Shown here in pieces: positions 18,854-27,332 of a stretch of DNA of 64,000 nt. How positions within the stretch are numbered: position 1 is the stretch's first letter; every line of letters starts with the position of its first letter. The DNA is taken from sequence record LC680885.1. One strand, written 5' to 3'. The notes below the pieces were generated by a model. It was not told where the DNA came from, did no database searches, and was given only the letters and a program-made list of their open reading frames with translations. Made by a program: the position numbers and the translations under genes.

Positions 18854-19519
18854 TTGGTGATTTTATTGATAAAAATGCATTTAATAAACTTTCAAAAAAG
18901 GTCTATGAATAGTTATAAGAAGAATTTAAACACAATTGTACTTTTCATAGATTATGATAAAAATATTTTCAACCAAATTAATAATCAATTAGTTATAGAT
19001 GTATTAGGTAATGATACTATAAGATTAAATAATGCTAATTATTCATTAATGTTAGATGAGAAGATTTTTAGTTCTGAAAGGACAACAATTGATTTCTATA
19101 ATAAAATAGTAAATAATGATATATTAAATATTATTAAAGAAAATATATCTAATGTAGATAATTATTCTAAATTAAAAGAAATCAATAATATGACTGATAG
19201 TGAATTTAATGATATTATTAATAAAGATAATTTATTTAAATGTCAAAATAAATACTTCAGTATGAATAAAATACCTTATATAGAAAAAGAAATACCTGAA
19301 AGTTTTTATCTAGATCATTTTAAAGAGATTAATTTAGATTTTATATTTGAGAAGCTTTTTGAAGAGAATAGAGAAGATGAAGAAAAATTAAAGTACGTTT
19401 ATACTTTAGCTGAATTATTTCTAACACTCAAACAAGGTAAGAATATATTTTATAATTATAATAAAGAGGTAGATAAGAAATATTATAGATCTATATTTAT
19501 AAATTCTTTATTTAATTAA
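18854..19519 (+). CDS. C-terminal tag family protein (degenerate); start uncertain
   Basis: Ends KEVDKKYYRSIFINSLFN; TATATTAC at 18837-44 upstream. Confidence 0.7.
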   Translation: MVILLIKMHLINFQKRSMNSYKKNLNTIVLFIDYDKNIFNQINNQLVIDVLGNDTIRLNNANYSLMLDEKIFSSERTTIDFYNKIVNNDILNIIKENISNVDNYSKLKEINNMTDSEFNDIINKDNLFKCQNKYFSMNKIPYIEKEIPESFYLDHFKEINLDFIFEKLFEENREDEEKLKYVYTLAELFLTLKQGKNIFYNYNKEVDKKYYRSIFINSLFN

Positions 19520-19520
19520 T

Positions 19521-19838
19521 ATGATAAGAAAGGAGAGAAATAATATGAAGAAAATATACGGATTTAAAATAAAATATAATAAAAAAGTGGTAGATACTTT
19601 CACTTTTGAAAGTTTTGAAGAAGCTATGAATAAACTAGAATTATCATTATTAGAAATTTATGACTCAGAAGATTTTACAACTATGCAATTAATTTTAAAC
19701 ACATATGACATTGAAGAAATTAATGAAGATAGTTTTAAAGATAAATTAAGACTAAATCATCTTAATCACATTAAGAATTTTAGTATTGAATTGTTTTCTA
19801 AATATATTAACAATAATAAGGAAGAAGGAATTGCGTAA
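19521..19838 (+). CDS. Hypothetical protein (true start probably MKKIYG at 19545)
   Basis: AAGGAG RBS before the second ATG. Confidence 0.65.
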   Translation: MIRKERNNMKKIYGFKIKYNKKVVDTFTFESFEEAMNKLELSLLEIYDSEDFTTMQLILNTYDIEEINEDSFKDKLRLNHLNHIKNFSIELFSKYINNNKEEGIA

Positions 19839-20053
19839 TGTTCGAGGAAAGTAAAGTACCATTTTCATTTATTTATAAAGAAACTAAATACTTCTTACAC
19901 AGAAGAAATATTAAGAATTTCCCTAATGGAGATTCTGAATTCTTATTGTATGGAGATGAAAATGGGAAGTCATTCATAATAGAAGAAAGTAAATTAGAAA
20001 ACTTAATTGAACAACATGAAGTTGAAGTATCTTACGAAGAAGATATTATTTAA
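19838..20053 (+). CDS. Hypothetical protein
   Basis: TAATG overlap, GAAGG RBS. Confidence 0.65.
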   Translation: MFEESKVPFSFIYKETKYFLHRRNIKNFPNGDSEFLLYGDENGKSFIIEESKLENLIEQHEVEVSYEEDII

Positions 20054-20054
20054 A

Positions 20055-20101
20055 TATATATTATTAAATTGAGGTAATGACATACAATTTGTCATTACCT
20101 C
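20055..20101 (+). promoter_or_regulatory. Early-type promoter plus stem-loop
   Basis: TATATATTAT; GAGGTAATGACA / TGTCATTACCTC. Confidence 0.6.
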
Positions 20102-20134
20102 TAATATATTAAACAATCAAAGGAGAAAACGATC

Positions 20135-20518
20135 ATGAAGAAATTTTTAGTATTACCATTATTATTCGTTTTATTATTAACAGGGTGCTCTCAAGCTGAT
20201 AAAGTTAGTCAGAATATGTCTGAAGAGTCAGATAATTTTAATGTAGTTAGAAAAGTAACTGTCATTAATGCAATTAAAAATGACATAATATTCCAAATGT
20301 CTGGACGTATGTCTATTAAAGCAGATAATGAGGATAACCAATTAGAAATAGTTGTAGAAAATGAAGATGGCAAATATCAGAAACATATCATTGGTTTATC
20401 TGATAATGTTTCATATACTGTTGAAGATGTTACAACTAAAAATGTAAGTAAATATCAATATGAAATTAATTATAATCCTAAAATGTGGATCCCTGCAAAA
20501 CCAGATTATAAAGATTAA
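20135..20518 (+). CDS. Phage lipoprotein
   Basis: Signal peptide with lipobox LTGC. Confidence 0.8.
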   Translation: MKKFLVLPLLFVLLLTGCSQADKVSQNMSEESDNFNVVRKVTVINAIKNDIIFQMSGRMSIKADNEDNQLEIVVENEDGKYQKHIIGLSDNVSYTVEDVTTKNVSKYQYEINYNPKMWIPAKPDYKD

Positions 20519-20543
20519 TATAATAGAATGGAGAGTATGATTT

Positions 20544-20840
20544 ATGTCTAAGAAAAAGAAATTAGAAAAAAGACTTAATGTAAGAATTAATCAAGAACAA
20601 AAGAAAGCTATTTTAAAACGTGAAGATATCGATAGAATGGATTTTGAGTTCATTACATTAGATAAAGAGAAACATGATGAAGAAGAAAAATTTGATATCA
20701 AAGTAAAATCTAACGATAAGTTTTCTCTAATTATCATTATTAAATTCTTTTCTAAATTGTTGAATTTTAGTATTAAAAGAGATAAGAAAAAAGAAGATAT
20801 AAAAGACGGTAATGAAGATTCTAATTTAGATAAAGAATAA
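20544..20840 (+). CDS. Hypothetical protein, possible ribbon-helix-helix N-terminus
   Basis: KRLNVRINQEQKKAIL resembles an RHH strand-helix; weak. Confidence 0.55.
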   Translation: MSKKKKLEKRLNVRINQEQKKAILKREDIDRMDFEFITLDKEKHDEEEKFDIKVKSNDKFSLIIIIKFFSKLLNFSIKRDKKKEDIKDGNEDSNLDKE

Positions 20841-20846
20841 TAAAAA

Positions 20847-20879
20847 TGCCATAATACACTTAAATTGTGTATTATGGCA
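20847..20879. terminator. Bidirectional terminator between convergent genes
   Basis: TGCCATAATACAC / GTGTATTATGGCA. Confidence 0.75.
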
Positions 20880-20885
20880 AATTAT

Positions 20886-21188
20886 TTATTTTTCAGGTTT
20901 AAAACGGTCTTTAAGTCTAGGATATAGACGTAGATGCGCTTTACGAGTAGGATCTGTAACAACAATTTGATTTGTTCTAGGATTTCTACGTTTACGCATA
21001 TCTTCAGGTTTAACTTCAAGGACACCAATTTCAGGGATAATAGTTTTAGTTTGATCAGCATCATTTGCAGATTCAACAATTATTTCTATCATCTCATTAT
21101 AAGCATCAACTAGTTCTCTTTGTGTTAATCCAGTACGTCTAGACCATTCTCTAAAGAAGTGTTTTTGATCTTGAATTTGATTTAGCAT
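20886..21188 (-). CDS. HU/IHF-family DNA-binding protein
   Basis: Two helices (FFREWSRRTGLTQRELVDAYNEMIEII), IPEIGVLEV, arm RKRRNPRT, C-terminal LKDRF match the HU fold. Confidence 0.8.
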   Translation of the reverse strand: MLNQIQDQKHFFREWSRRTGLTQRELVDAYNEMIEIIVESANDADQTKTIIPEIGVLEVKPEDMRKRRNPRTNQIVVTDPTRKAHLRLYPRLKDRFKPEK

Positions 21189-21228
21189 TTTATTAGTTCC
21201 TTTCCATATAATATATTTTTAATTTTTT

Positions 21229-21240
21229 TAGAAAATTGTT
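21229..21240 (-). promoter_or_regulatory. Late-type promoter AACA-N6-TA upstream of HU-like gene
   Basis: Minus strand AACA-ATTTTC-TA; matches the AR9 late consensus. Confidence 0.45.
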
Positions 21241-21250
21241 AATATTTTAC

Positions 21251-21279
21251 TAGCTTTTTTCTAAATTTTATGATATAAT
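21251..21279 (+). promoter_or_regulatory. SigmaA-like promoter TAGCTT-N17-TATAAT with extended TG, upstream of RNAP operon
   Basis: TAGCTT 21251-56, TGA, TATAAT 21274-79. Confidence 0.55.
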
Positions 21280-21379
21280 ATTGTTATGGAATTTCATAGT
21301 TGTAAAAAAATAATTTTTTGCAATAACTTAAATTTTTATATGGTTTCGAATTTTTAATTATAAGGAGAGTCAGATATCG

Positions 21380-23002
21380 TTGGGTAATTATTTAAGAAAA
21401 ATTACGAAGAATATACAAGATGAGGTCAGTACAAAAGAGTCATTTAATGAGGATGTAATATACTTTAGGGAGAATGAAAACCTAGAAGATATTATATCTG
21501 ATATTTACAAATCAGTAGAATTTATTAAAGGCGTAAAATTCATTGATTGTAAAGTTGTTCCTCCAAGTGAAGTTTATGAGTACAATCAAATGACAGACAA
21601 ACAATTTAAAGCAAGAGATTTTAGAAAAATCAACGTAGAAGAATCAAAACTATTAGAAGTTCAAATTACTGTAGAATTTGAATCAGCTGAAGGGGAAAAA
21701 GAATTATACACACATAAATTAGATTTCCCTGAACTTATAGAAGGTCAGTATTATTATATTAATGATAATAAGTTCTTCCCTATCTTACAATTAGCTGATA
21801 CTGAATTCTATAAACCTAAAGCAAGTACAGTAGTAATGAAAAACTTATTACAACCATTATCAGTAAATGGTTCTAAAAAAGATGAACTTATTGATGATGA
21901 TAAGAAAATGCCTAAGAAGTTAAGAGGTAGAACATTATACTTAGAAGTATTTAATAAAAATAAACCTGTTCCAGCATTTTTATTCTTTATTGCTAAAATG
22001 GGTCTAGATGAAACATTTGAATTCTTAGATATTAAAGAATATTGTGAATTAGTAGATACCAACGATGAAAAAGATGATGAACACTACTATTTTAGAATTA
22101 ATAATAAAATAACTATTCAAGTTGATAAAGAATGGTTAGATCAAGACGATAGATATAGAACTTCTATGGTCTTATGTATTAAAGATTTATTTAAAGGTAT
22201 GAGAGCAGGATTAGATAAAGTATATGATAAAGAATTCTGGCTTAAGAATTTAGGATCTGTATTTAGTGGTTCTACTAACGTTGACACTAAAATTGAAAAA
22301 TCTAATTCTATGATTTTATCATTTGATAGAATTTTAGATAGTCGTACTAAAAATATTTCTAGATTAGATCCAGAAGATAAAGAATCAACTTATCATGTAG
22401 TTAAATACATGTTTAAAAACTTTGATAATCTTAATTTATTAGATAATACAGATTTAGCTAATAAACGTTTAAGAGTATTAGAATACTTAACTTATCCACT
22501 GAATAGAAAGAACTCTGATACATCTTATCGTATGATTAATTTCACAGATAAGAAACGTACAATTAAAAATCTTAAAGGATTATTCTCAGGTGTACCTCGT
22601 GATTTCTTATTAAAAACTATAGGAACATCTGAAGGAATTAGATATTCCAATGCAGTTAATACAATTGACTTATTTACTAGAATTCTTAAAATGACTAAAG
22701 CAGGTCCACAAACTGCTGTTGATACTAGTAAACCATCTATTAGAACTATTAATATCAATAATACTTATTTCGGTAGAATTGATTTAATAGCAACATCTTC
22801 AAACAATCCAGGTATTACACGTACATTAACACCATTCTGTGAGGTTAAAGATCCTGGTGAGAATGGTTCATTCTATTTTGAAAATAAACCTAACATCAGA
22901 GAAAATATTGACACAGATAATTTAGATAAACTAGAGAAAGAATCTGAAGACAATGAAGTTGTATTAGATATTAAAGAAATTGTAGAAGAGGATGACGAAT
23001 AA
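21380..23002 (+). CDS. rpoB: Phage multisubunit RNA polymerase beta subunit, N-terminal half
   Basis: FPELIEGQYYYINDNKFFPILQL (cf. GTFIINGxERVIVSQL), KMTKAGP, YFGRIDLIATSSNNPG (cf. HYGRICPIETPEGPNIG). Confidence 0.82.
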   Translation: MGNYLRKITKNIQDEVSTKESFNEDVIYFRENENLEDIISDIYKSVEFIKGVKFIDCKVVPPSEVYEYNQMTDKQFKARDFRKINVEESKLLEVQITVEFESAEGEKELYTHKLDFPELIEGQYYYINDNKFFPILQLADTEFYKPKASTVVMKNLLQPLSVNGSKKDELIDDDKKMPKKLRGRTLYLEVFNKNKPVPAFLFFIAKMGLDETFEFLDIKEYCELVDTNDEKDDEHYYFRINNKITIQVDKEWLDQDDRYRTSMVLCIKDLFKGMRAGLDKVYDKEFWLKNLGSVFSGSTNVDTKIEKSNSMILSFDRILDSRTKNISRLDPEDKESTYHVVKYMFKNFDNLNLLDNTDLANKRLRVLEYLTYPLNRKNSDTSYRMINFTDKKRTIKNLKGLFSGVPRDFLLKTIGTSEGIRYSNAVNTIDLFTRILKMTKAGPQTAVDTSKPSIRTININNTYFGRIDLIATSSNNPGITRTLTPFCEVKDPGENGSFYFENKPNIRENIDTDNLDKLEKESEDNEVVLDIKEIVEEDDE

Positions 23003-24312
23003 TGGCTAGATTTTTACTTAAGAATAAAGACTTATCAAAATTACCAGTAGTAACAAATCATGAATCAATTGATAAGAAAGGTGATTTCACTGAAGACGGT
23101 ATCTTCAGTGAGAAAATCTTTGGACCTGATTCAGATGTAGATAATATTACAAATGAAGCTATAGTTTATTTAGGTAATAACTATATTATTACACCTTTAG
23201 GATATGACAGAATTAAAAAATTAATAGGTAGAAAAAGATTTGCTGAAATTATTAGTTCTGAAAAACCTATTGATGAAAATGGTAATGTAATTGAACCAGA
23301 AGATGACCATAATTCATATATTGGTTTAGTTGAATTTAGAAAGAACTTCTTAAAGATTCTTAAAGAAGAAGTTAAACGTGATAAACGTAAAACTAAAGAT
23401 TACAATAGAGTTGTTCAATGGTATTTAAATGGAACATTATTCCAAAATTATGTAACTGTATTTAGTCCTAAATTAAGACCGGCTACAGTTAATAAAGCAA
23501 CTAAGACATTTAGACATTCAGAAATTAATAAAGAATTTAATTTATTAATTGCTCATAGTAATAGTCTTAAAGAATTAGATGAACATTATACAGATGATTC
23601 AGTTGAACTACAAAAGTTAAACCTACTTAATAAAATTCAAGATGACAACATGAATATCTATGATCGTATTATCAATGAAAACATTAAAGGTAAAATGGGT
23701 ACTATTCGTAAATTAATTATGGGTAGTCGTGTAGGATATTCAGCTCGTTCAGTAATTGTTCCAGCTCCTGATTTAAAATTAAATGAAATTAGAATGAATT
23801 ATACAATCTTCTTAGAAATATACAAACCACTATTAGCTAATTTAATGTATGTAACGGAAAATATTCCATTACCTAAAGCAGAAGAAATATTAGGTAGAGC
23901 TTTAGATAACTTTAATCCTAAAGTATATAAATATATGAAAGAATTAGTTAACAAAACTGAAGGTGGAATGAGAGTAATTTTGAACCGAAATCCATCTATC
24001 TCAGAATCATCAGTTCAAATATTAAAAATTAAAGATATCATTAGTGATATTGACTCAGCTGTAGTAGGTATTAGTAATAATATACTTGCAGGTATGGGTG
24101 CTGACTATGATGGAGACACATTGAATATTATAGCTCTCTTCTCAGAAGAGCAATATGATATGTTAAAAGTACAAGATCCAGTCAATCAATTAATATCATA
24201 TAATGATGGTCTATTTAATAGAACTTATTCACTTAATAAAGACTCACAGATTGCAGTTTATTTATTAAATAATCCTAAATCAAAAGATGTAAGTATAAAA
24301 GCTAGTAAATAG
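23002..24312 (+). CDS. rpoC: Phage multisubunit RNA polymerase beta' subunit, N-terminal half with catalytic motif
   Basis: DGIFSEKIFGP, SPKLRP, KGKMGTIRKLIMGSRVGYSARSVIVP, LNRNPSI, GADYDGD (cf. NADFDGD). Confidence 0.92.
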   Translation: MARFLLKNKDLSKLPVVTNHESIDKKGDFTEDGIFSEKIFGPDSDVDNITNEAIVYLGNNYIITPLGYDRIKKLIGRKRFAEIISSEKPIDENGNVIEPEDDHNSYIGLVEFRKNFLKILKEEVKRDKRKTKDYNRVVQWYLNGTLFQNYVTVFSPKLRPATVNKATKTFRHSEINKEFNLLIAHSNSLKELDEHYTDDSVELQKLNLLNKIQDDNMNIYDRIINENIKGKMGTIRKLIMGSRVGYSARSVIVPAPDLKLNEIRMNYTIFLEIYKPLLANLMYVTENIPLPKAEEILGRALDNFNPKVYKYMKELVNKTEGGMRVILNRNPSISESSVQILKIKDIISDIDSAVVGISNNILAGMGADYDGDTLNIIALFSEEQYDMLKVQDPVNQLISYNDGLFNRTYSLNKDSQIAVYLLNNPKSKDVSIKASK

Positions 24313-24319
24313 ATTTTTT

Positions 24320-24349
24320 AGAATAACGGTCTTATCAGATCGTTATTCT
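24320..24349 (+). terminator. Stem-loop after RNAP operon
   Basis: AGAATAACGGTCT / AGATCGTTATTCT. Confidence 0.6.
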
Positions 24350-24374
24350 TATTAAATAAATATGACTGGAGACA

Positions 24375-25013
24375 TTGACCATGAACAAAAGACAAAGAAA
24401 GAAATTAGAGAAGAAAAAATTAGAAGAACAAAGTAACGAAAAAATTATAGATTTGCCAAAATTAAAAGAAGAAAAGGATGAAGTTAAAATGAATAAAGAA
24501 GTTAAAAGAGAAGGATCTTACAAGAAATTAACTAAGGAACAAGTACATTATATTGCAGAATTAATTGACAAAGGACACGGAAACACTTATATTTTAAAAG
24601 AACTTAAAGCTAAGTTTGGTATTGACCGTAAATCACATTCAATCACACATATTAGACGTGGTGAACATCCTACATTTAAAGCACTTACAGATGACAATTA
24701 TCACTTTGCTGAAGTGGGATATCCTACATTTAATGAATACAAAAAGATTTTACGTGGAGAAGTTAAACCTAAAAGTAAAACACGTGTAAAAGCTGAAGAA
24801 AAGGTTAATAAAGTAAAAGAATCACCAGTAGTAGAAAAAGTATCTAATGTTACAGAAGAAAAAGTAGAACAAGTAAAAGAAAAAATGAGTAATATTCAAA
24901 AAGATAAAGAAACTGGTAAAGAATATCGTGATAAAGAAAGTATTCATAAAGCAGGTAAACCTCAAGAAACTATCTTTGATAAGATTATCAAACGTGTTTT
25001 AAATATTTTATAA
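24375..25013 (+). CDS. Basic protein with central HTH-like domain (paralogous to 1390-1998)
   Basis: KLTKEQVHYIAELIDKG...HIRRG...GYPTF. Confidence 0.7.
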   Translation: MTMNKRQRKKLEKKKLEEQSNEKIIDLPKLKEEKDEVKMNKEVKREGSYKKLTKEQVHYIAELIDKGHGNTYILKELKAKFGIDRKSHSITHIRRGEHPTFKALTDDNYHFAEVGYPTFNEYKKILRGEVKPKSKTRVKAEEKVNKVKESPVVEKVSNVTEEKVEQVKEKMSNIQKDKETGKEYRDKESIHKAGKPQETIFDKIIKRVLNIL

Positions 25014-25031
25014 TAGAAAAGATGATAAGAA

Positions 25032-26084
25032 ATGTCCAAATATGATTTAACTTTATATCATCATTTAAAACAAGAAGTAAAACCATGTAGATTAACAACT
25101 TCACAGGATGAGACAATGATACGTTGTCCTTTCTGTGGAGATTCTAAAAAGTCTAAAAGTTCAACACATTTATATATACAAAATAGAACTCCATTTAAAT
25201 ATTTCTGTCAAAGATGTAATGCTTCTGGAGTTATGAGTAATAAAGTTTTAGCTATGTTAAATAGTGGTAATGTAGAAATAAATAGTTATATTAACAATCA
25301 ATATAATGAATATATTTCTAATATGAATAAAAAATATGGCAAATCTTTTATCAATAGAAATACAAAAGAATTAAAATACTACCCAAATAAATATACCGAT
25401 TTAGAAATAAGCAAGATTAATTATATTAATGAAAGATTGGGTATTAACATAGATGAGAAGGATATTGAATTATATAAGATTATTTTAAATATAGAAGATT
25501 TTTATAAGAATAATGAATTTGATATAGATAATCAATATCAAATAAATAATCTTAATAATAATTATTTTAGTTATATGTTGAACGATAAGAACACTATTAA
25601 TTGTAGATTAATGAATAGTGACACATTTGGGGCTAATGGGAAGAAACATTTTAAACAAAAAATATTTAAGAATTTAGCTGATGAAAGTACTAGATTTTAT
25701 TCAATTAAGAATGAATTAAGATTGGATAGAAGAGTATATAATATTCATATAGCTGAAGGATTCTTTGATATATTGGGGATATTTAATCATGTGTATAATA
25801 AAGAAATAAATGACAATGATATATTTATAGCTAATAACGGAAAAGGTTATAAATTTGTATTAAATTATCTAAATAGTTTAGGTATACTTAATATGAATAT
25901 AAATATTTATTCCGATAGAGATGTTAAAATTACTGATTATCGCAGTAAGAGAATGCTCGGTAATTCGCTACCAGTAATTTTAAATGATGCTAATATATAT
26001 TATAATGAATTTGAAGATGAGAAAGATTTTGGGGTAACAAAAGATAAAATAAAATTATCAGAACCAATTAAGTTTAATCAATAA
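25032..26084 (+). CDS. DNA primase (Zn finger plus Toprim)
   Basis: RCPFCGD...YFCQRC Zn ribbon; Toprim IAEGFFD and YSDRD; KDFG. Confidence 0.85.
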   Translation: MSKYDLTLYHHLKQEVKPCRLTTSQDETMIRCPFCGDSKKSKSSTHLYIQNRTPFKYFCQRCNASGVMSNKVLAMLNSGNVEINSYINNQYNEYISNMNKKYGKSFINRNTKELKYYPNKYTDLEISKINYINERLGINIDEKDIELYKIILNIEDFYKNNEFDIDNQYQINNLNNNYFSYMLNDKNTINCRLMNSDTFGANGKKHFKQKIFKNLADESTRFYSIKNELRLDRRVYNIHIAEGFFDILGIFNHVYNKEINDNDIFIANNGKGYKFVLNYLNSLGILNMNINIYSDRDVKITDYRSKRMLGNSLPVILNDANIYYNEFEDEKDFGVTKDKIKLSEPIKFNQ

Positions 26085-26089
26085 ATAAA

Positions 26090-26134
26090 TTTATATTATA
26101 AAAGTGAGGTAATGGATATTATATTCATTACCTC
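26090..26134 (+). promoter_or_regulatory. Early-type promoter variant plus stem-loop
   Basis: TTTATATTATAA; GAGGTAATG / CATTACCTC (same stem as at 20071). Confidence 0.55.
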
Positions 26135-26161
26135 TAATATTATTTACACTAGGAGAGTGAA

Positions 26162-26668
26162 TTGGATATGGCAAAAGAAATTTTTAGTTCAGAAGATATT
26201 TTTAAGGATTTAACAGATTTTCACACAGAAAGTAGATTAGAGGAATTTAGTCACAAGAATATTTTAACATCTTTATTAGAAAATGCAGATAGTAAAAATA
26301 ATTTAGAAAAAATAATATTGATTCTATCTATAAATATTAATTCATCTTTAAAAAATTTAAATTCTATTGAAGATGAAATGATAGATGTTTTTAGTAAAGA
26401 AATAGATATTAAGAAAGATAAAGATAATATTGATTTGCTATTAAAAAATCTTAGAAATGTTAAAGATAATTCAAGTATGGAAGACATTAAAGAATATTTA
26501 GTATTAGAAGTATCTTTAGATGAGGTTATTGATAAAATTAATGAAGATGATTTTTATAATGAAGAAGTAAAAGATTTATATCTTAAATTCTATAATAATC
26601 TTTCTATTTTAATTATATCTTTTAAATTGTTAACATTCTATAATGGTTTTAATAATGTAGTATCTTAA
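26162..26668 (+). CDS. Hypothetical protein
   Basis: AGGAG RBS. Confidence 0.7.
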   Translation: MDMAKEIFSSEDIFKDLTDFHTESRLEEFSHKNILTSLLENADSKNNLEKIILILSININSSLKNLNSIEDEMIDVFSKEIDIKKDKDNIDLLLKNLRNVKDNSSMEDIKEYLVLEVSLDEVIDKINEDDFYNEEVKDLYLKFYNNLSILIISFKLLTFYNGFNNVVS

Positions 26669-26688
26669 TTAAATTTAATATAAGGAGA

Positions 26689-27318
26689 ATGATTAGAATG
26701 AGAGATAAATTTTTATTATTTGAAAATGATGATAATAGCATATATATGCTATTATCAAATTTTAAATTCAATAAAGAAATTAAAATAGATTATACACATG
26801 ATATAAAAAATATCGATGATGTTCCTAAGTATTTTAATAAAGGAATAAAGAGATTTAAAATGAGATATGACTTTCATTCAGGCCATATTATTAGACAAGA
26901 TGAATTTTACAACTACATGGATAATTTAGATGCTGATTTTAAAAATTCAAATGCTAAAGCTTTAGAGAAAATAACTTTCTCTAATCTTATTAGTGATGAT
27001 AAAATCAATATAGTATATACAGGTAAGAAAGATGATAATAATAAAATTGTAAAAACTAATATTTACTTTATTGTCCCTGTTAGTATTGCTTCTGAAGAAA
27101 TAAATTCAAATCTAATATCTTTAGATATTACAGCTATGAATAAAAGATTAAATGATGTTTATAAATCTGAAACAACTAATCAGAAACTATTAGGAATAAA
27201 ACCTAGTGTTACAAATATCAATATTATTGATAGACAAAATAAAATTATTAATGAATACTTTAGAGATATAGGAGTAGATTATAACTTTATTAATGATTTT
27301 AGTAAATCAGAAGAATAA
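26689..27318 (+). CDS. Hypothetical protein
   Basis: AAGGAG RBS. Confidence 0.75.
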   Translation: MIRMRDKFLLFENDDNSIYMLLSNFKFNKEIKIDYTHDIKNIDDVPKYFNKGIKRFKMRYDFHSGHIIRQDEFYNYMDNLDADFKNSNAKALEKITFSNLISDDKINIVYTGKKDDNNKIVKTNIYFIVPVSIASEEINSNLISLDITAMNKRLNDVYKSETTNQKLLGIKPSVTNINIIDRQNKIINEYFRDIGVDYNFINDFSKSEE

Positions 27319-27332
27319 AGGAGGATATATTT

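Noticed and set aside
5704-24312. Group I introns or inteins in RNAP, ligase or primase genes
   Set aside because: ORFs are continuous, motif spacing is normal, and no homing-endonuclease or intein signature was seen.
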